From contig CBDESU010000002.1 in assembly GCA_965242695.1 (NCBI GenBank), positions 1,440,001 through 1,504,000 on the forward strand: DNA of 64,000 nt, read 5' to 3'. Shown here piece by piece: positions 29,759-40,662 of this stretch; positions within the stretch are counted from its first letter, which is position 1; the number at the start of each line of letters is the position of its first letter. The position numbers were made by a program, and so were the translations under genes. The notes under the pieces are model-generated. The model saw nothing but the letters and a program-made list of their open reading frames with translations, was not told the origin of the DNA and ran no database searches. The DNA is from Cenarchaeum sp. (GTDB lineage Archaea; Thermoproteota; Nitrososphaeria; Nitrososphaerales; Nitrosopumilaceae).

Positions 29759-30009
29759 CGCATCGCCGTCCGGCGGCGCGCAGAGCGGCGCATTCCGCCC
29801 GCATGCGGCCCCGCTGAAGCAAAGGCGTCGGCGGCATTCGCCAAGGGCGCGCAGCGCCTTACGCGGCAACGGACGCGGCCCCATTTGCGCCGGGGCGGCA
29901 CCGGCGCAGGGCGCCCTGCGCATCGCCGTCCGCATGCGCGCCGGCGGCTTGCCGGCGGGCCCGGGCACCCGCCCGGGCGGACGGGGCGGCCCGCTCGGCC
30001 TGCAGCCGC

Positions 30010-30739
30010 CTCACACGGCAAAACCTGCTAGGGCACGGCATACTTGGACGGCATGCCGACGATGCTCTTGGCCTTCGGGAATACGCGGCCGTCTCCCCTT
30101 TTCCTTGAATCGTAGCCGCAACGCCCGCTAGCCCCTCGTGGGCGCTCCCTGCACGTCTCGGGGGACTCTTCGGCCCGACCAACTCCGGAGGCGTGTCGGG
30201 GCCGATCGGCTCGCTGTACGGCTCCTCGATCTCCATCTCAGAGACCTCCTTGCATATGTGCGCCACCGCCGTCCGCACCTCCTCGAGGCCGTCCATGGGA
30301 GAGGCGTTCTGCCGTCCTGCGCGCCCTGCCGACCTCTGCACGGACGACAACATTAGCAGCGCCGGGAAGATCGGCATTACTGCCGTCCTGCGCGCCCTGT
30401 CGGCCCTGCGCAGGTACGCCAGTATGTCGCCCAGGGCGTGCATCGCATCCGCATACACGCCGCACATCGTCGGCATGTCGGCTATTCTGGACATGTCCCC
30501 GTACACCTCTTCAAGGGTCGCGCCAGGCGCACGCCCTTGTCCGAACGCGCGCCGGCCGAGTATGCGCCGATCAGCTCGGCGATGTGGATGCACCAGTCGG
30601 TGCGTGCCATGGCCGTCGGATCGATCAGCGAGATGAACAGGCGCTTGATCTCCTCGTCGGGCATCGCGATCAGGACCTGCTTGGCGGCCGCCGCGGGCTT
30701 GCCCGTGCGATCGCGCTGCGCCTCCTCGACGGCCTGCAT
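30010..30739 (-). pseudogene. ~231-aa PIN-partner protein, copy B (frameshifted, with an insertion)
   Basis: MQAVEEAQRDRTGKP start; homology continues in other frames (29859-30593). Confidence 0.75.
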
Positions 30740-31206
30740 GCCCGCACTGGGGCGGGCGCTATGTAAGGATAGTGGGCGGCATCAGGAGAATGCGGCGCAC
30801 GGAACCGAGCCTGCGGCACTAGCCTTGGCCCGCTGAGGGCAGCTGCCGCGTTCCCTCTTCCCATGCCCGTGCTCCGAGGTGCGCCATGCTTGAGCACAAT
30901 GCCGCGGACCCTGCTGTGGGTGGACTGCACCGACGGTTGGCCGCGGCATCCTTCCCCTCCGGCGATGCCGCGCGTGTGGCTGCGCGGCCGATTCCCGCAC
31001 GGCATGGCTCCGGTCCCTGCACTGCGGCCCGGCCTGGGGAATGCGGTATGTCGGCGCAGCGGCAGCCTGATCTGACGCCGGACGGATCGACTCGGACATG
31101 CTCGGGAAACAGAACGGGGACGATTGGCTCCGGGCGCACCTGACCTTGCGAGGCGCGGCCGAATGTCAGCATCCGGAGCATCTGCCGGGTGCGCGGCACC
31201 CGTGCC

Positions 31207-31829
31207 CTATCTCGGCTGGAGGATGACGATCTTCATGCCGCCGTACCGCTTGTCGTCGCTGATCTGCGCAAAGGCCTTGTCCGTGGTGCATATGACCTGC
31301 GCGCCCGCAAGGAGTGCCATGTCAATGTGTATCAAGTCGATCGGCCCTAGCCCCTCGTGCCGGTACGTGTTGCCCTTGCGGGCTTGCGGCGTCCTGCCCT
31401 CCACGTCGAGCATATTTTTGTACAGGGGGCAAGATCAGGCTGCGCCGAGGTGATGTCTCCGTACATGTCTGCCACCCTGTCCGCTACTAGCGCAATGATG
31501 AAGTGGTCGACATCCCTGACCACCTTCGCCGCCTCTGCGTGGACCACTTTCCGCTCCCCGTTGTTCCCGTTGGCGCACCTGTGGCCCGCCTTGACGCGCT
31601 TGCGTATTACATCGACAGCCTCTGCGAGGGTCAGGCTTGAGATGACCAGCCGCGCGCCGCTGGATTTGACCGCCTCGAGGAAGCGCATCGCTTCGTCAAA
31701 GAACGGATCGACCGCCCCCATTACGATCGCCACAATAAAGCCCGTATCTGCGTACATCAATCTTCCACTGCCGCCGATGGGGCCTGTAAGCACATACCAC
31801 GCCCTGTCTAGATTAGGCTCTGTTGTCAC
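31207..31829 (-). pseudogene. PIN-domain (VapC-like) nuclease, one-base frameshift near 31425
   Basis: YADTGF, SSLTLAEA, then GLGPIDLIH...TTDKAF in another frame; GTG start overlaps the partner TGA. Confidence 0.8.
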
Positions 31830-32521
31830 GAGCGTCCACGGCTCCTGACTTCCTTGACCATGTCGTTGGACGACAGGCCGGGCACGGCGTACTTGGACAG
31901 CAATCCGACTATGCTCTTGGCCTTTGGCGGGAATATGTGGTCGTCCCCAGTTTCCTTGAAGCGCTGCCGCACCCACCACTCATTCCTCATGAGGCGCTTT
32001 CTGCACGTCTCCGGGGGACTCCTCGGCTCGACCAGCTCTGGGGGCATGTCGGGGTCGACCGGCTCGCCTTCCGGTTCGATCTCGACCTCTGAGACCATCT
32101 TGCGTATGCCGGCCACCGTTGCCCGCACCTCCTCTAGGCCGTCCATGGGATCGGCATCCCTGCCGTCCCTGTACGCCCTGCCGACCCTGCGCAGGTACGC
32201 GAGAATGTCGCCCAGGGCATGCATTGCATCCGCATACGTGCCGGCCGTCGTCGGCATGTCTGCTATCTTGGACATGTCCCCGTACACCTCGGCCAGGGTG
32301 CGCGCCAGGCGCACGCCCTTGTCCCAGCGCGCGCCCGCCGAGTACGCGCCGATCATCTCGGCGATGTGGATGCACTGGTCGGTGCGAACCATGGCCGTAG
32401 GTTCGATCAGCGAGATGAACAGCCGCTTGATCTCCTCGTCGGGCATCGCGATCAGGACCTGCTTGGCGGCGCCTGCGGGCTTGCCCGTGCGATCGCGCTG
32501 CGCCTCCTTGACGGCCTGCAT
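31826..32521 (-). CDS. ~231-aa PIN-partner protein (putative antitoxin), copy C
   Basis: Intact ORF; TATA (CATATAG) ~25 nt upstream; C-terminus LSSNDMVKEVR; GTGA coupling to PIN. Confidence 0.8.
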   Translation of the reverse strand: MQAVKEAQRDRTGKPAGAAKQVLIAMPDEEIKRLFISLIEPTAMVRTDQCIHIAEMIGAYSAGARWDKGVRLARTLAEVYGDMSKIADMPTTAGTYADAMHALGDILAYLRRVGRAYRDGRDADPMDGLEEVRATVAGIRKMVSEVEIEPEGEPVDPDMPPELVEPRSPPETCRKRLMRNEWWVRQRFKETGDDHIFPPKAKSIVGLLSKYAVPGLSSNDMVKEVRSRGRS

Positions 32522-32958
32522 GCCCGTACTGGGGCGGGGCGCTATATGACGCTAGGGGACGCATCTGGCTATTCTGTGCGCGGAGCCGCGCCATGCGCCA
32601 GGATACCTCGGCAGTCGAGACCTGACGTGGCGCTCTCCCCTGCCGTGATCCGCGCGGCGCCGTGCTTGGGAGCAGTCCGGCGAATCTCCATAGGGACGGG
32701 CTTGCACCTTTGCCCCTCCGCCGCACCGTGCATGTGGACATGCGGCTGTTCCCCGTGGCCGCCACCAACCGCCGCACCGCGGTTCGGCTTGCGGAACGCG
32801 GCATGGCATCGCGGCTGCTGTCTAGGCAGTTGCCGGGCGGATCGACTCGCACACACTCGGGGAATGTCGAGACGGCGGGCTCAGTGTGTGCTTTGCCATG
32901 CAAAGCGCGGCCGGACTGCGACATCGGCGCGCCTGTCGGATGCGCAGAGTGCTCCAGC

Positions 32959-33581
32959 CTACCGCGGCCGGAGGATGATGATATTCATGCCGCCGTACCG
33001 CTTGTCGCCGCTGATCTGCGCAAAGGCCTTGTCCGTGGTGCATATGATCTGCGCGCCCGCAAGGAGTGCCATGTCGATGTGTATCAAGTCGATCGGCCCT
33101 AGTCCCTCGTGCCGGTACGTGTTGCCCTTGCGGGCTTGTGGCGTCTCGCCCTCTAGGCCGAGCATTTTTTTGTGCAGGGGAGCAAGATCAGGCTGCACCG
33201 AGGTGATGTCTCCGTACATGTCTGCCATCTTGTCTGACCTCAGGGTGTTGATGACGCGCCTTACATCCTTGACCGCCTTCGCCGCTTCTCCATCGACGGC
33301 CTCGCGCTCCCTGCCGCTTACGTCACGGCACCTGGTGTTCGCCTTGACGCGCTTGCGTATCACGTCGACCGCCTCTGCGAGGGCCAGGCTTGAGATGACC
33401 AGCCGCGCGCCGCTGGATTTGACTGCCTCGAGAAAGCACATCGCTTCGTCAAAGAACGGATCGACCGCCCCCATTACGATCGCCACACTAAAGCCCGTAT
33501 CGGCGTACGCCAATCTTCCACTGCCGCCGATGGGCCTGTAAGCACATGCCAAGTCCTGTCTAGGTTAGGCTCTGTTGTCAC
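32959..33581 (-). CDS. PIN-domain (VapC-like) nuclease; one-base frameshift in leader near 33533, domain intact (ORF 32959-33552)
   Basis: Acidic residues in YADTG, LAEA, PIDLIH and TTDKAF are all in one frame. Confidence 0.8.
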
Positions 33582-34276
33582 GAGCGTCCACGGCTCCTGA
33601 CTTCCTTGACCATGTCGTTGGAAGACAGGCCGGGAACGGCGTACTTGGACAGCAATCCGACTATGCTCTTGGCCTTTGGCGGGAATATGTGGTCGTCCCC
33701 CATTTCCTTCAAGTCCTTCCGCAGAGACCACTCGCTCCTCATGAGACGCTTCCTGCACGTCTCCGGGGGCCTCTTCGGCTCGACCAGCTCTGGGTGCGTG
33801 TCGGGGTTGACCGGCTCGCCGTCCGGCTCCTTGATCTCTACCTCTGCGACCATCTTGCGTATGCCGGCCACCGTTGCCCGCACCTCCTCTAGGCCGTCCA
33901 TGGGATCGGCATCCCTGCCGTCCCTGTACGCCCTGCCGACCCTGCGCAGGTACGCGAGAATGTCGCCCAAGGCATGCATTGCATCCGCATACGTGCCGGC
34001 CGTCGTAGGCATGTCTGCTATCTTGGACATGTCCCCGTACACCTCGGCCAGGGTGCGCGCCAGGCGGACGCCCTTGTCCCAGCGCGCGCCGGCCGAGTAC
34101 GCGCCGATCAGCTCGGCGATGTGGATGCACCGGTCGGTGCGCGCCATGGCCGTCGGATCGATCAGCGAGATGAACAGTCGCTTGATCTCCTCGTCGGGCA
34201 TTGCGATCAGGACCTGCTTGGCGGCGCCTGCGGGCTTGCCTGTGCGATCGCGCTGCGCCTCCTTGACGGCCTGCAT
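33578..34276 (-). CDS. ~232-aa PIN-partner protein (putative antitoxin), copy D
   Basis: Near-identical to copy C; TATATA box at ~34298. Confidence 0.8.
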   Translation of the reverse strand: MQAVKEAQRDRTGKPAGAAKQVLIAMPDEEIKRLFISLIDPTAMARTDRCIHIAELIGAYSAGARWDKGVRLARTLAEVYGDMSKIADMPTTAGTYADAMHALGDILAYLRRVGRAYRDGRDADPMDGLEEVRATVAGIRKMVAEVEIKEPDGEPVNPDTHPELVEPKRPPETCRKRLMRSEWSLRKDLKEMGDDHIFPPKAKSIVGLLSKYAVPGLSSNDMVKEVRSRGRS

Positions 34277-34915
34277 GTCCGCGCTGGGGCGGGGCGCTAT
34301 ATAGGAATGGTGGGCGGCGCCTGCGAATTCCTCGCAGATGTTCAAGATCCCGTCGTTGTCCTGTGACTCGACTAGCGCACCCCTGTCGGCCTCGGCCGTC
34401 CCGGGTTGCGGATGCGGCACACCTGTGTCCCGTGTCCTGCGTGTCCAGACGCGGCACCTAGCGGTAGCCCCTCCCCTTGGCGCCGACACGCAGCTACTTC
34501 CGCCTGCCGCCCTGCCTTCTATGCGCATCTGTCATGGTTGCTGCGTGCCGTGTCGCGCGCGTGCAGAGCGAACAGGGGCAGATGCGGGCGGCCGCTTCGG
34601 GTGGCCTCGACCGCTTGGCGCTCCAACTGCGCCACGCCGGAAGCCTGCTGTCTAGAGGGTACGCAGCTGAACCGTACTGCAAGATCCCTTAATTACCAGC
34701 AGGTCGGCCCTAGCGTCGTGAGTACCGGCGAAGACGATGTCAGGAGGGCCAAGGAGATGTTCGGGTGCGAAGATGGCGTCATCCCGTACATCGTAAAGAT
34801 TGGGACCCGCATTAAGAGTGCGACCAAGGCGGAGGCCGATGCCATGCATGCGGAGGCGTCGGGCGGCTCCTACGATCGGGACAACTCGGCCAAGGCGTGA
34901 GGGACGGGCGGCAAT

Positions 34916-35856
34916 CTACACGATGAAAAAATACAGTGCCAGTCCGACAGGAACAAAGTACATCCACAGGAGGCCGTTGCGTATGTGGGCATCGTCTATG
35001 AAGCGCGGGACGACTAGGCTCGACGTGGTATGAACAAGACCAGCAGCGTCTCATGGCGCAGAATTTCCTCCGCGATGGGCCAAAGTGGGTTGTCGCTGTC
35101 AAGCAGGGGGCCTACGCCCAAGGATGCGGCCAGCAGTGTGAGCATGCCTATCACCGACGCGGGCAGCGCAAGGACGGTCTTTTTAGGCACAAGCGAGTAG
35201 GAGAGGATCGCGCTTGCTTTGGATGGCCCTACGTGTAGAGATACGCTTTTTGTCGTATCTCTAAAAACGGCGGTGCCTGCCTTGTCTCCGCGCGAGCCGC
35301 CGCCTGCCGTCTTCACATGCTCCTTGCTTGAGTAGCGCCGACGGGATATGTTGTAGTCAGGGGGCTTGTCGAGTACCCATAACATGGGAAATGACTGTTC
35401 TGGTGGAATGCTGATTATGATGGTACGCACCATCATATTCCGCATGCGATCAATCCACCCTGCCTTTTCCTCAACATGCTCGTATTTTAGGTGTATTACC
35501 CGAGCCTCGTTTGGCCCGAATGCCTTACCGGGTGGGATGCTGAACCACACCAGCCGGGCTTTGCGGTCGTCGATCTCGGCAAGGGTGGCATAGGCCGCGT
35601 CTCGATCGGGACCGGCGGCCGACGCTTCTCTGAGCATGATTTGGAGGTGCTTGCTGGGCAACAGTGGATATTCTTCACCGGACGAGTCGACTATCCGCAG
35701 GTTTGGCATAAAGTCGGGCAACTGTAACACTATATGTTTGGACTCCTTTGCAACGGATCGTATCGTAACTTCCATGTCGACGTCCGTCAACTGGCCATTT
35801 CTGTGGCTGAGGAAGTTTCTGACACGGATGATCTCAAAGCGACTACCGGCCTCCAC
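34916..35856 (-). CDS. hypothetical protein, beta-rich N-terminal domain plus C-terminal TM helices; probable frameshift near 35030
   Basis: 280-aa ORF 35014-35856; an alternative frame continues ...LLWMYFVPVGLALYFFIV to TAG at 34916; TTTAAATA upstream. Confidence 0.6.
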
Positions 35857-36308
35857 GGGCCGAACCCACGGCGGTGATATTTAAACATGAGCTGCAAGGC
35901 GGGGCCGGGATAACTGGCCTGCCCCGCCGCGGTTGCAGGGTTGCGTAGGGCAGGTGGTGAGTGGGGGGGGGGCGCCTTAACAGGGGCGGGACTCTGCAGG
36001 CATCTGCCGTCGTGTGGGGCGTCTTGGGACGAGGGGGTCTGTCCGCCGCGGCGCACTTCTGGCGCTCGTGCGCAGGGTACAGGGCACGACGGAGGATCGG
36101 AAGCAACCACTGTGGGCCGCTACGGAAGGGGGAGCCGCTGCGGCGGGTGTCTGGCAGCGCCGCGAGAGCCATGCGCGCTGAACCCTCCCTGCCGCCAACC
36201 CGCATCCGCGTCCGGGCGGGGACAGGCGGGCGATGCAGGGCCATGACGCGCATTCTCCGTAGCGCGCGGGCAGGCATGCCTTATATGGGCAGTGGGGGCG
36301 CGCCTGGC

Positions 36309-36518
36309 ATGAGTACAATCGAAGAGCCGCCGCGAAGCCGGTGGTGGTACGTCCTGCCGATCCTGTTCAGCATCATGGGCGGGCTGATCGCATACTTTGC
36401 GCTGCGCGCCGACGACCCGCCAAAGGCAAAGAACTGCCTGTACGTCGGGTTCGCCATGGTGGCAATCGACGTGGCGGTCATACTCGCGCTCGTCGTAGTC
36501 GGCGTCGCCCTGATGTAG
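36309..36518 (+). CDS. small membrane protein
   Basis: RSRWWYVLPILFSIMGGLIAYFALRADDPPKAKNCL, two hydrophobic segments; TTATAT box upstream. Confidence 0.75.
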   Translation: MSTIEEPPRSRWWYVLPILFSIMGGLIAYFALRADDPPKAKNCLYVGFAMVAIDVAVILALVVVGVALM

Positions 36519-36680
36519 GCGCGGCCCGGACCCTGCGGCCGGCCGGCCTGGCCCGCAACCCCTCCGTTTTTCCCTTTTTTTTGCCCTTCCGCCCTGCCGG
36601 CCCGCGCATTCCTCCCGCGCGCCGATCCGCCCTACCTCCCCCGCCAATCCATTTATTGCGACGCGGCGGCCTAGGCGCGG

Positions 36681-37433
36681 TTGGAGTACCTGCTCGAAAA
36701 CATCCTCAACCTGGTCGGGTTCATCGTGGGGCTCGGCATCGGGGTGATATCGTACGTTGGGTTCCGCAACACGGGCAGCCCGACCCTGTTCCGCCTCGCG
36801 CTCGCGTTCCTGTCGATCAGCGCGGGGTTCTTCGTCGTGTGGGCGGGGTACACGGCCGAGGATTTCTTCGTCAAGTCCGGCAAGATCGAGCGCTGGGTGC
36901 TGACGCTCGGCATCGGCGTGCAGACGGTCGGGTACTTCTTCATCGCATTCTCGCACAGCATAAAGGCGTTCCTCCCGAGGAACCGCAGCCTCCGGTCGGT
37001 CGGGGCCCTGCCGCTCCTGCTCGTCTCGGCCACGCACGTCGAGCACATACTGCGCGCCACCTCGTTCATACTGCTCGTGTACGGGGCCATCGAGACGTTC
37101 CTGTCGTACCTGGACAGCCGGACGCGCGGCGCCCTGGCCGTCTCGGCCGGCCTGGCCCTGCTGGCCCTCGGCGAGTTCCTCGGGTGGTACTCGCTCGTGT
37201 TCCCCGGCTCGCCCCTGTACTATGCGTCCGCGGTCGCCAAGATCGCGGGGCTCGTACTGCTCTTCGTGCCCGTCAGCGGCGTGCCGCTGCGCAAGATGCG
37301 CATCGACGAGAGGCTCGGCGGCGGGGACGGGCCGCCGGGCGGCGCCGGCGGCGGCGGGGAAAGCGGCGGGGCCGCCCCTGCACCGGGGCCCCGCGGCCCG
37401 CCCGCCCCGCCGGCCGGCGCCGGCTCCCCCTAG
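36681..37433 (+). CDS. multi-pass (~7 TM) membrane protein
   Basis: About seven hydrophobic segments; TTTATT box ~30 nt upstream. Confidence 0.8.
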   Translation: MEYLLENILNLVGFIVGLGIGVISYVGFRNTGSPTLFRLALAFLSISAGFFVVWAGYTAEDFFVKSGKIERWVLTLGIGVQTVGYFFIAFSHSIKAFLPRNRSLRSVGALPLLLVSATHVEHILRATSFILLVYGAIETFLSYLDSRTRGALAVSAGLALLALGEFLGWYSLVFPGSPLYYASAVAKIAGLVLLFVPVSGVPLRKMRIDERLGGGDGPPGGAGGGGESGGAAPAPGPRGPPAPPAGAGSP

Positions 37434-37523
37434 CCGGCGCCGCCATGTGTCAACATTCGTTGGCCCGCGGGTCGCAAAAAGTCGACCCCGCGTACGACAT
37501 GCCTTGCCGGGGCGGGATGCGCG

Positions 37524-37811
37524 ATGGCTGCGTACCGCACGCATATCAAGATCATTGGCGACATACTCGAGACGGCCGGCCGGGGCGAGCAGGGCCCCGG
37601 CGGGGCGACCGTCACGCACCTCATCAGGGAGACGAACGTCTCGCACGGGCGCATATCGCGGATGCTTCAGACTCTTGTCTCTCGGGGGCTGCTCGAGCAG
37701 GTCGACTCGGGCGGCGCGTGCCGGTACAGGACGAGCCGCACGGGCCGCGAGTTCCTGAGGGCGTACGAGTCGTTCAGCCGGTTCTCGGACAACTTTGGGC
37801 TGGCCATATAG
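37524..37811 (+). CDS. winged-helix DNA-binding protein (HTH_45-like)
   Basis: YRTHIKIIGDILE...THLIRETNVSH...YRTSRTGREFL; paralog of 61636-61917. Confidence 0.85.
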   Translation: MAAYRTHIKIIGDILETAGRGEQGPGGATVTHLIRETNVSHGRISRMLQTLVSRGLLEQVDSGGACRYRTSRTGREFLRAYESFSRFSDNFGLAI

Positions 37812-38840
37812 GCGGGGCGCTAGGCGCGGGGGAACTCGGCCAGGTCGTCGTCGTAGTCGTCCTCGAAGCCGTCCCCGAACGGCTCTTCCGGATCGCCCCT
37901 CTCCCTTTCGGCAGGCACTGCGCCGCCCCGCGCGGCGTCGTGCTATTAACAGTGCGGGGGGAGGGCCGCGGCTGGCGCCCCTGTCCAGGCTGGCGGCGAT
38001 GCGCTCGCCGGAGGGGGGGGGGAGAGCGTGCCGCGGTCCGAGGGGCCGTCCGCCGGCCATCCTTGGGTGTACAAGCCCTGGCGCAGGGCGGCGGTGCCGG
38101 ACGGGCGTCCGGGCTGTGGATCCTCCGCGCCCGCCACCATGCCGTCCCTGCGGCCATGGGCGGCGTGCCCGACGCCTCGTAGTGCACCCCGCCCGTGCGC
38201 CTAGCCGCTAGGTGCGCTGCCGGCGCAGGATCCTATTCTCGCGTGCTGGCGGCCTGTGTCGAGGGCGCCTTGATGCAGTCCGGCGCGAACCTCTTGACGA
38301 TCTCCCTCACTCTCCGCCATGGCCCAGGGCGGGCATCGCGCCGATGCCGTTGAGCGTGTGCCTGATTGCCCGCGGTGCCTGCGCTGCCGGCCTGCCGATC
38401 CCATACCTGCCGCGAGCGCAGCTGAGAGCAGTTTGGCACAGCTGGTGCAGGGGCATGCGCCGCATATGCCCAGCACACAGCCTGCACCGTCTGCTCCTCT
38501 GCGACGCCACATGCTAGTCGATATCGTAGGGCGGGAGCGAGAGCCGCCAGGCGGGGAAGTGCCGCCCGGCCCGCCGGAGCGAGCTGCGGTTCGCCATGAT
38601 CCTCCGCCCTGCGGGGGCGAGGGGCGGGGGGGGGGGGTCGCGAGGCCTGCATCCGCCGGAGATCGCGCCGTATTCCGATCCACCCTCGGCGCACCCGCTA
38701 CGGGCGCGCCGTGGGTACCTGCACCGCCCCCGCCCCCACCCGCGCGTCGCGGGAGCCTGAACAACTGCACCGCCGCCCGCCGATCCTGCTCCACCTGTCG
38801 CGATGGACGACTTAAATACCCCCCGCTTGCTTGCCGGCCC

Positions 38841-39080
38841 ATGAAGGACAGCGATGTATGGAAAGATTACGAGTTCCTCATGTCGCTAGACTACAAGGAG
38901 ATCGAACGGTACTGCGGCGAGTGGGTGGCCGTGGCCAGCCAAGAGATCGTCGCGCACGGCAAGGATCCAAAGCGCGTCCACGAGGAGGGGTGTAAGGCCG
39001 GAAAGGGCATCCCGTTCATGGATTACATATATGCGGATCCATCGGAGTTGCCGCTCTGCTACGGGGTTACCGATGACTAA
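38841..39080 (+). CDS. DUF5678-like protein
   Basis: YCGEWVAVASQEIVAHGKD; 79 aa; TATA at 38812. Confidence 0.8.
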   Translation: MKDSDVWKDYEFLMSLDYKEIERYCGEWVAVASQEIVAHGKDPKRVHEEGCKAGKGIPFMDYIYADPSELPLCYGVTDD

Positions 39081-39591
39081 TGCATCGTCGGACGGATGGA
39101 TCCGCTCCGCCTACATGGGTACGCGCTACAAGACGGGCGACGCAAGGATTGCCGATGCGCTAGCGCCGGCGGTCCCGATCAACGTGAGGCACCCCGGTGC
39201 CGCAGCCGACAGCAAGGAGGTGGTGCGGGGCATGGCCGTCTTGGACACCGGCGCACACGTGTCGGCGGCGCCGATGTGGGCGGCCAGGCGGCTGGGCATT
39301 GAGCTGGACGAGAAGACTAAACAGCTGGCGTTTGGCGCATCCGGCACGTTCGAGGCGTACCTCGCCAACATTCGCGTAGCTGCTGCACTGGGCGCCACAT
39401 GGGACGACATCGGCGTCGTCAAGGCGCTGTTTCCCGATACGGCGGCGTCGCGCGATCCCGCCTCGCGCGTTCCGTTCCTGCTGGGCAGGAACGGCTTTTT
39501 CAGCAAGTATAGCGCGTGCTTTGACGAGGGCAGAAAGGAGGTCTGGCTTCGCAGGGCCGAGGGCAATCCGCCTGTGGCCGCAATCCTGTAG
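39073..39591 (+). CDS. retropepsin-like aspartyl protease
   Basis: AVLDTGAHVSA, flap FGASG, PFLLGRNGFFSKY; 8-nt overlap with the upstream gene. Confidence 0.88.
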   Translation: MTNASSDGWIRSAYMGTRYKTGDARIADALAPAVPINVRHPGAAADSKEVVRGMAVLDTGAHVSAAPMWAARRLGIELDEKTKQLAFGASGTFEAYLANIRVAAALGATWDDIGVVKALFPDTAASRDPASRVPFLLGRNGFFSKYSACFDEGRKEVWLRRAEGNPPVAAIL

Positions 39592-39911
39592 CGGCGCCTG
39601 CCCCGAAAGGCCCCTGCAGTGCAGGGCCGCGCACGATTGCCGAACCGGCTCGGAGTGGCGCTAAGACCGTGGGCGCCCGCCGCCCGACATGCAGGGTCAT
39701 GCCCGCAAAAATTTTTCGGCGTGACAGCGGAGCCTGCGGGCATGCCATAGTCGGCCATTGACAGCGGGATGAGGGGAGGACGGGGATCTTTCTGCGCCCA
39801 GCTTCTGGTGGACTGTGCAGGTTGGGGGGTGCACGTACCCGATGAACATGCACGCTTTGACGCCTACGGCACGCCGGACGAGTTAAATGCCCCCTGCTTG
39901 CTTGCCGCCCC

Positions 39912-40151
39912 ATGAAGGACAGCGATGCAAGGAAGGATTACGAGTTCATCGTGTCGTTAGATCCCAAGGAGCTGGTGCGGTACCGTGGCGAGTGGGTGGC
40001 CGTGGCCAGCCAAGAGATCGTCGCGCACGGCAAGGATCCAAAGCGCGTCCACGAGGAGGGGTGCAAGGCCGGAAAGGGCATCCCGTTCATGGACTATATA
40101 TATGCGGATCCCTCAGAGTTTCCGTTCTACTACGGGGTTTCCAATGACTGA
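39912..40151 (+). CDS. DUF5678-like protein (tandem duplicate)
   Basis: YRGEWVAVASQEIVAHGKD; 79 aa. Confidence 0.8.
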   Translation: MKDSDARKDYEFIVSLDPKELVRYRGEWVAVASQEIVAHGKDPKRVHEEGCKAGKGIPFMDYIYADPSEFPFYYGVSND

Positions 40152-40662
40152 CGCTTCGTCGGACGGATGGGTCCGCTCCGGCTACATGGTTGCGCGCTCC
40201 GCAGCGAGCGATGCAAAGATTACCGCCACACGGGTGCCGGAAGTCCTGATCAACGTGAGGCACCCCGGTGCCGCGCCCGACAGCAAGGAGGTGGTGCGGG
40301 GCAGGGCCGTGCTGGATACCGGCGCACACATGTCGGCGGCGCCGATGTGGGCTGCAGAACAGCTGGGCATTGAGCTAGACGAGGGGACTAGGCAGCTGGC
40401 GTTTGGCGCATCCGGCACGTTCGAGGCGTACCTCGCCGATGTTCGCGTAGCGGCTGAATTGGGCGCCGAGTGGGACGACATCGGCGTCGTCAAGGCGCTG
40501 TTTCCAGACACGGAGGCGTCGCGCGATCCCACCTCGCGCGTCCCGTTCCTGCTGGGAAGGAACGGCTTTTTCAGCAAGTATAGCGCATGCTTTGACGAGG
40601 GCAGAAAGGAGGTCTGGCTTCGCAGGGCCGAAGGCAACCCGCCTGTGGCCGCCATCCTGTAG
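40144..40662 (+). CDS. retropepsin-like aspartyl protease (tandem duplicate)
   Basis: AVLDTGAHMSA, PFLLGRNGFFSKY. Confidence 0.88.
   Translation: MTDASSDGWVRSGYMVARSAASDAKITATRVPEVLINVRHPGAAPDSKEVVRGRAVLDTGAHMSAAPMWAAEQLGIELDEGTRQLAFGASGTFEAYLADVRVAAELGAEWDDIGVVKALFPDTEASRDPTSRVPFLLGRNGFFSKYSACFDEGRKEVWLRRAEGNPPVAAIL

Noticed and set aside
34406-34900. 164-aa ORF with a protein-like C-terminal half
   Set aside because: Probably a gene fragment; no start signal or family could be supported.
36120-38182. 646-aa and 613-aa ORFs, and many similar long Arg/Pro/Gly-rich ORFs across the window
   Set aside because: Off-frame or antisense to real genes; stop codons are rare in very GC-rich DNA.
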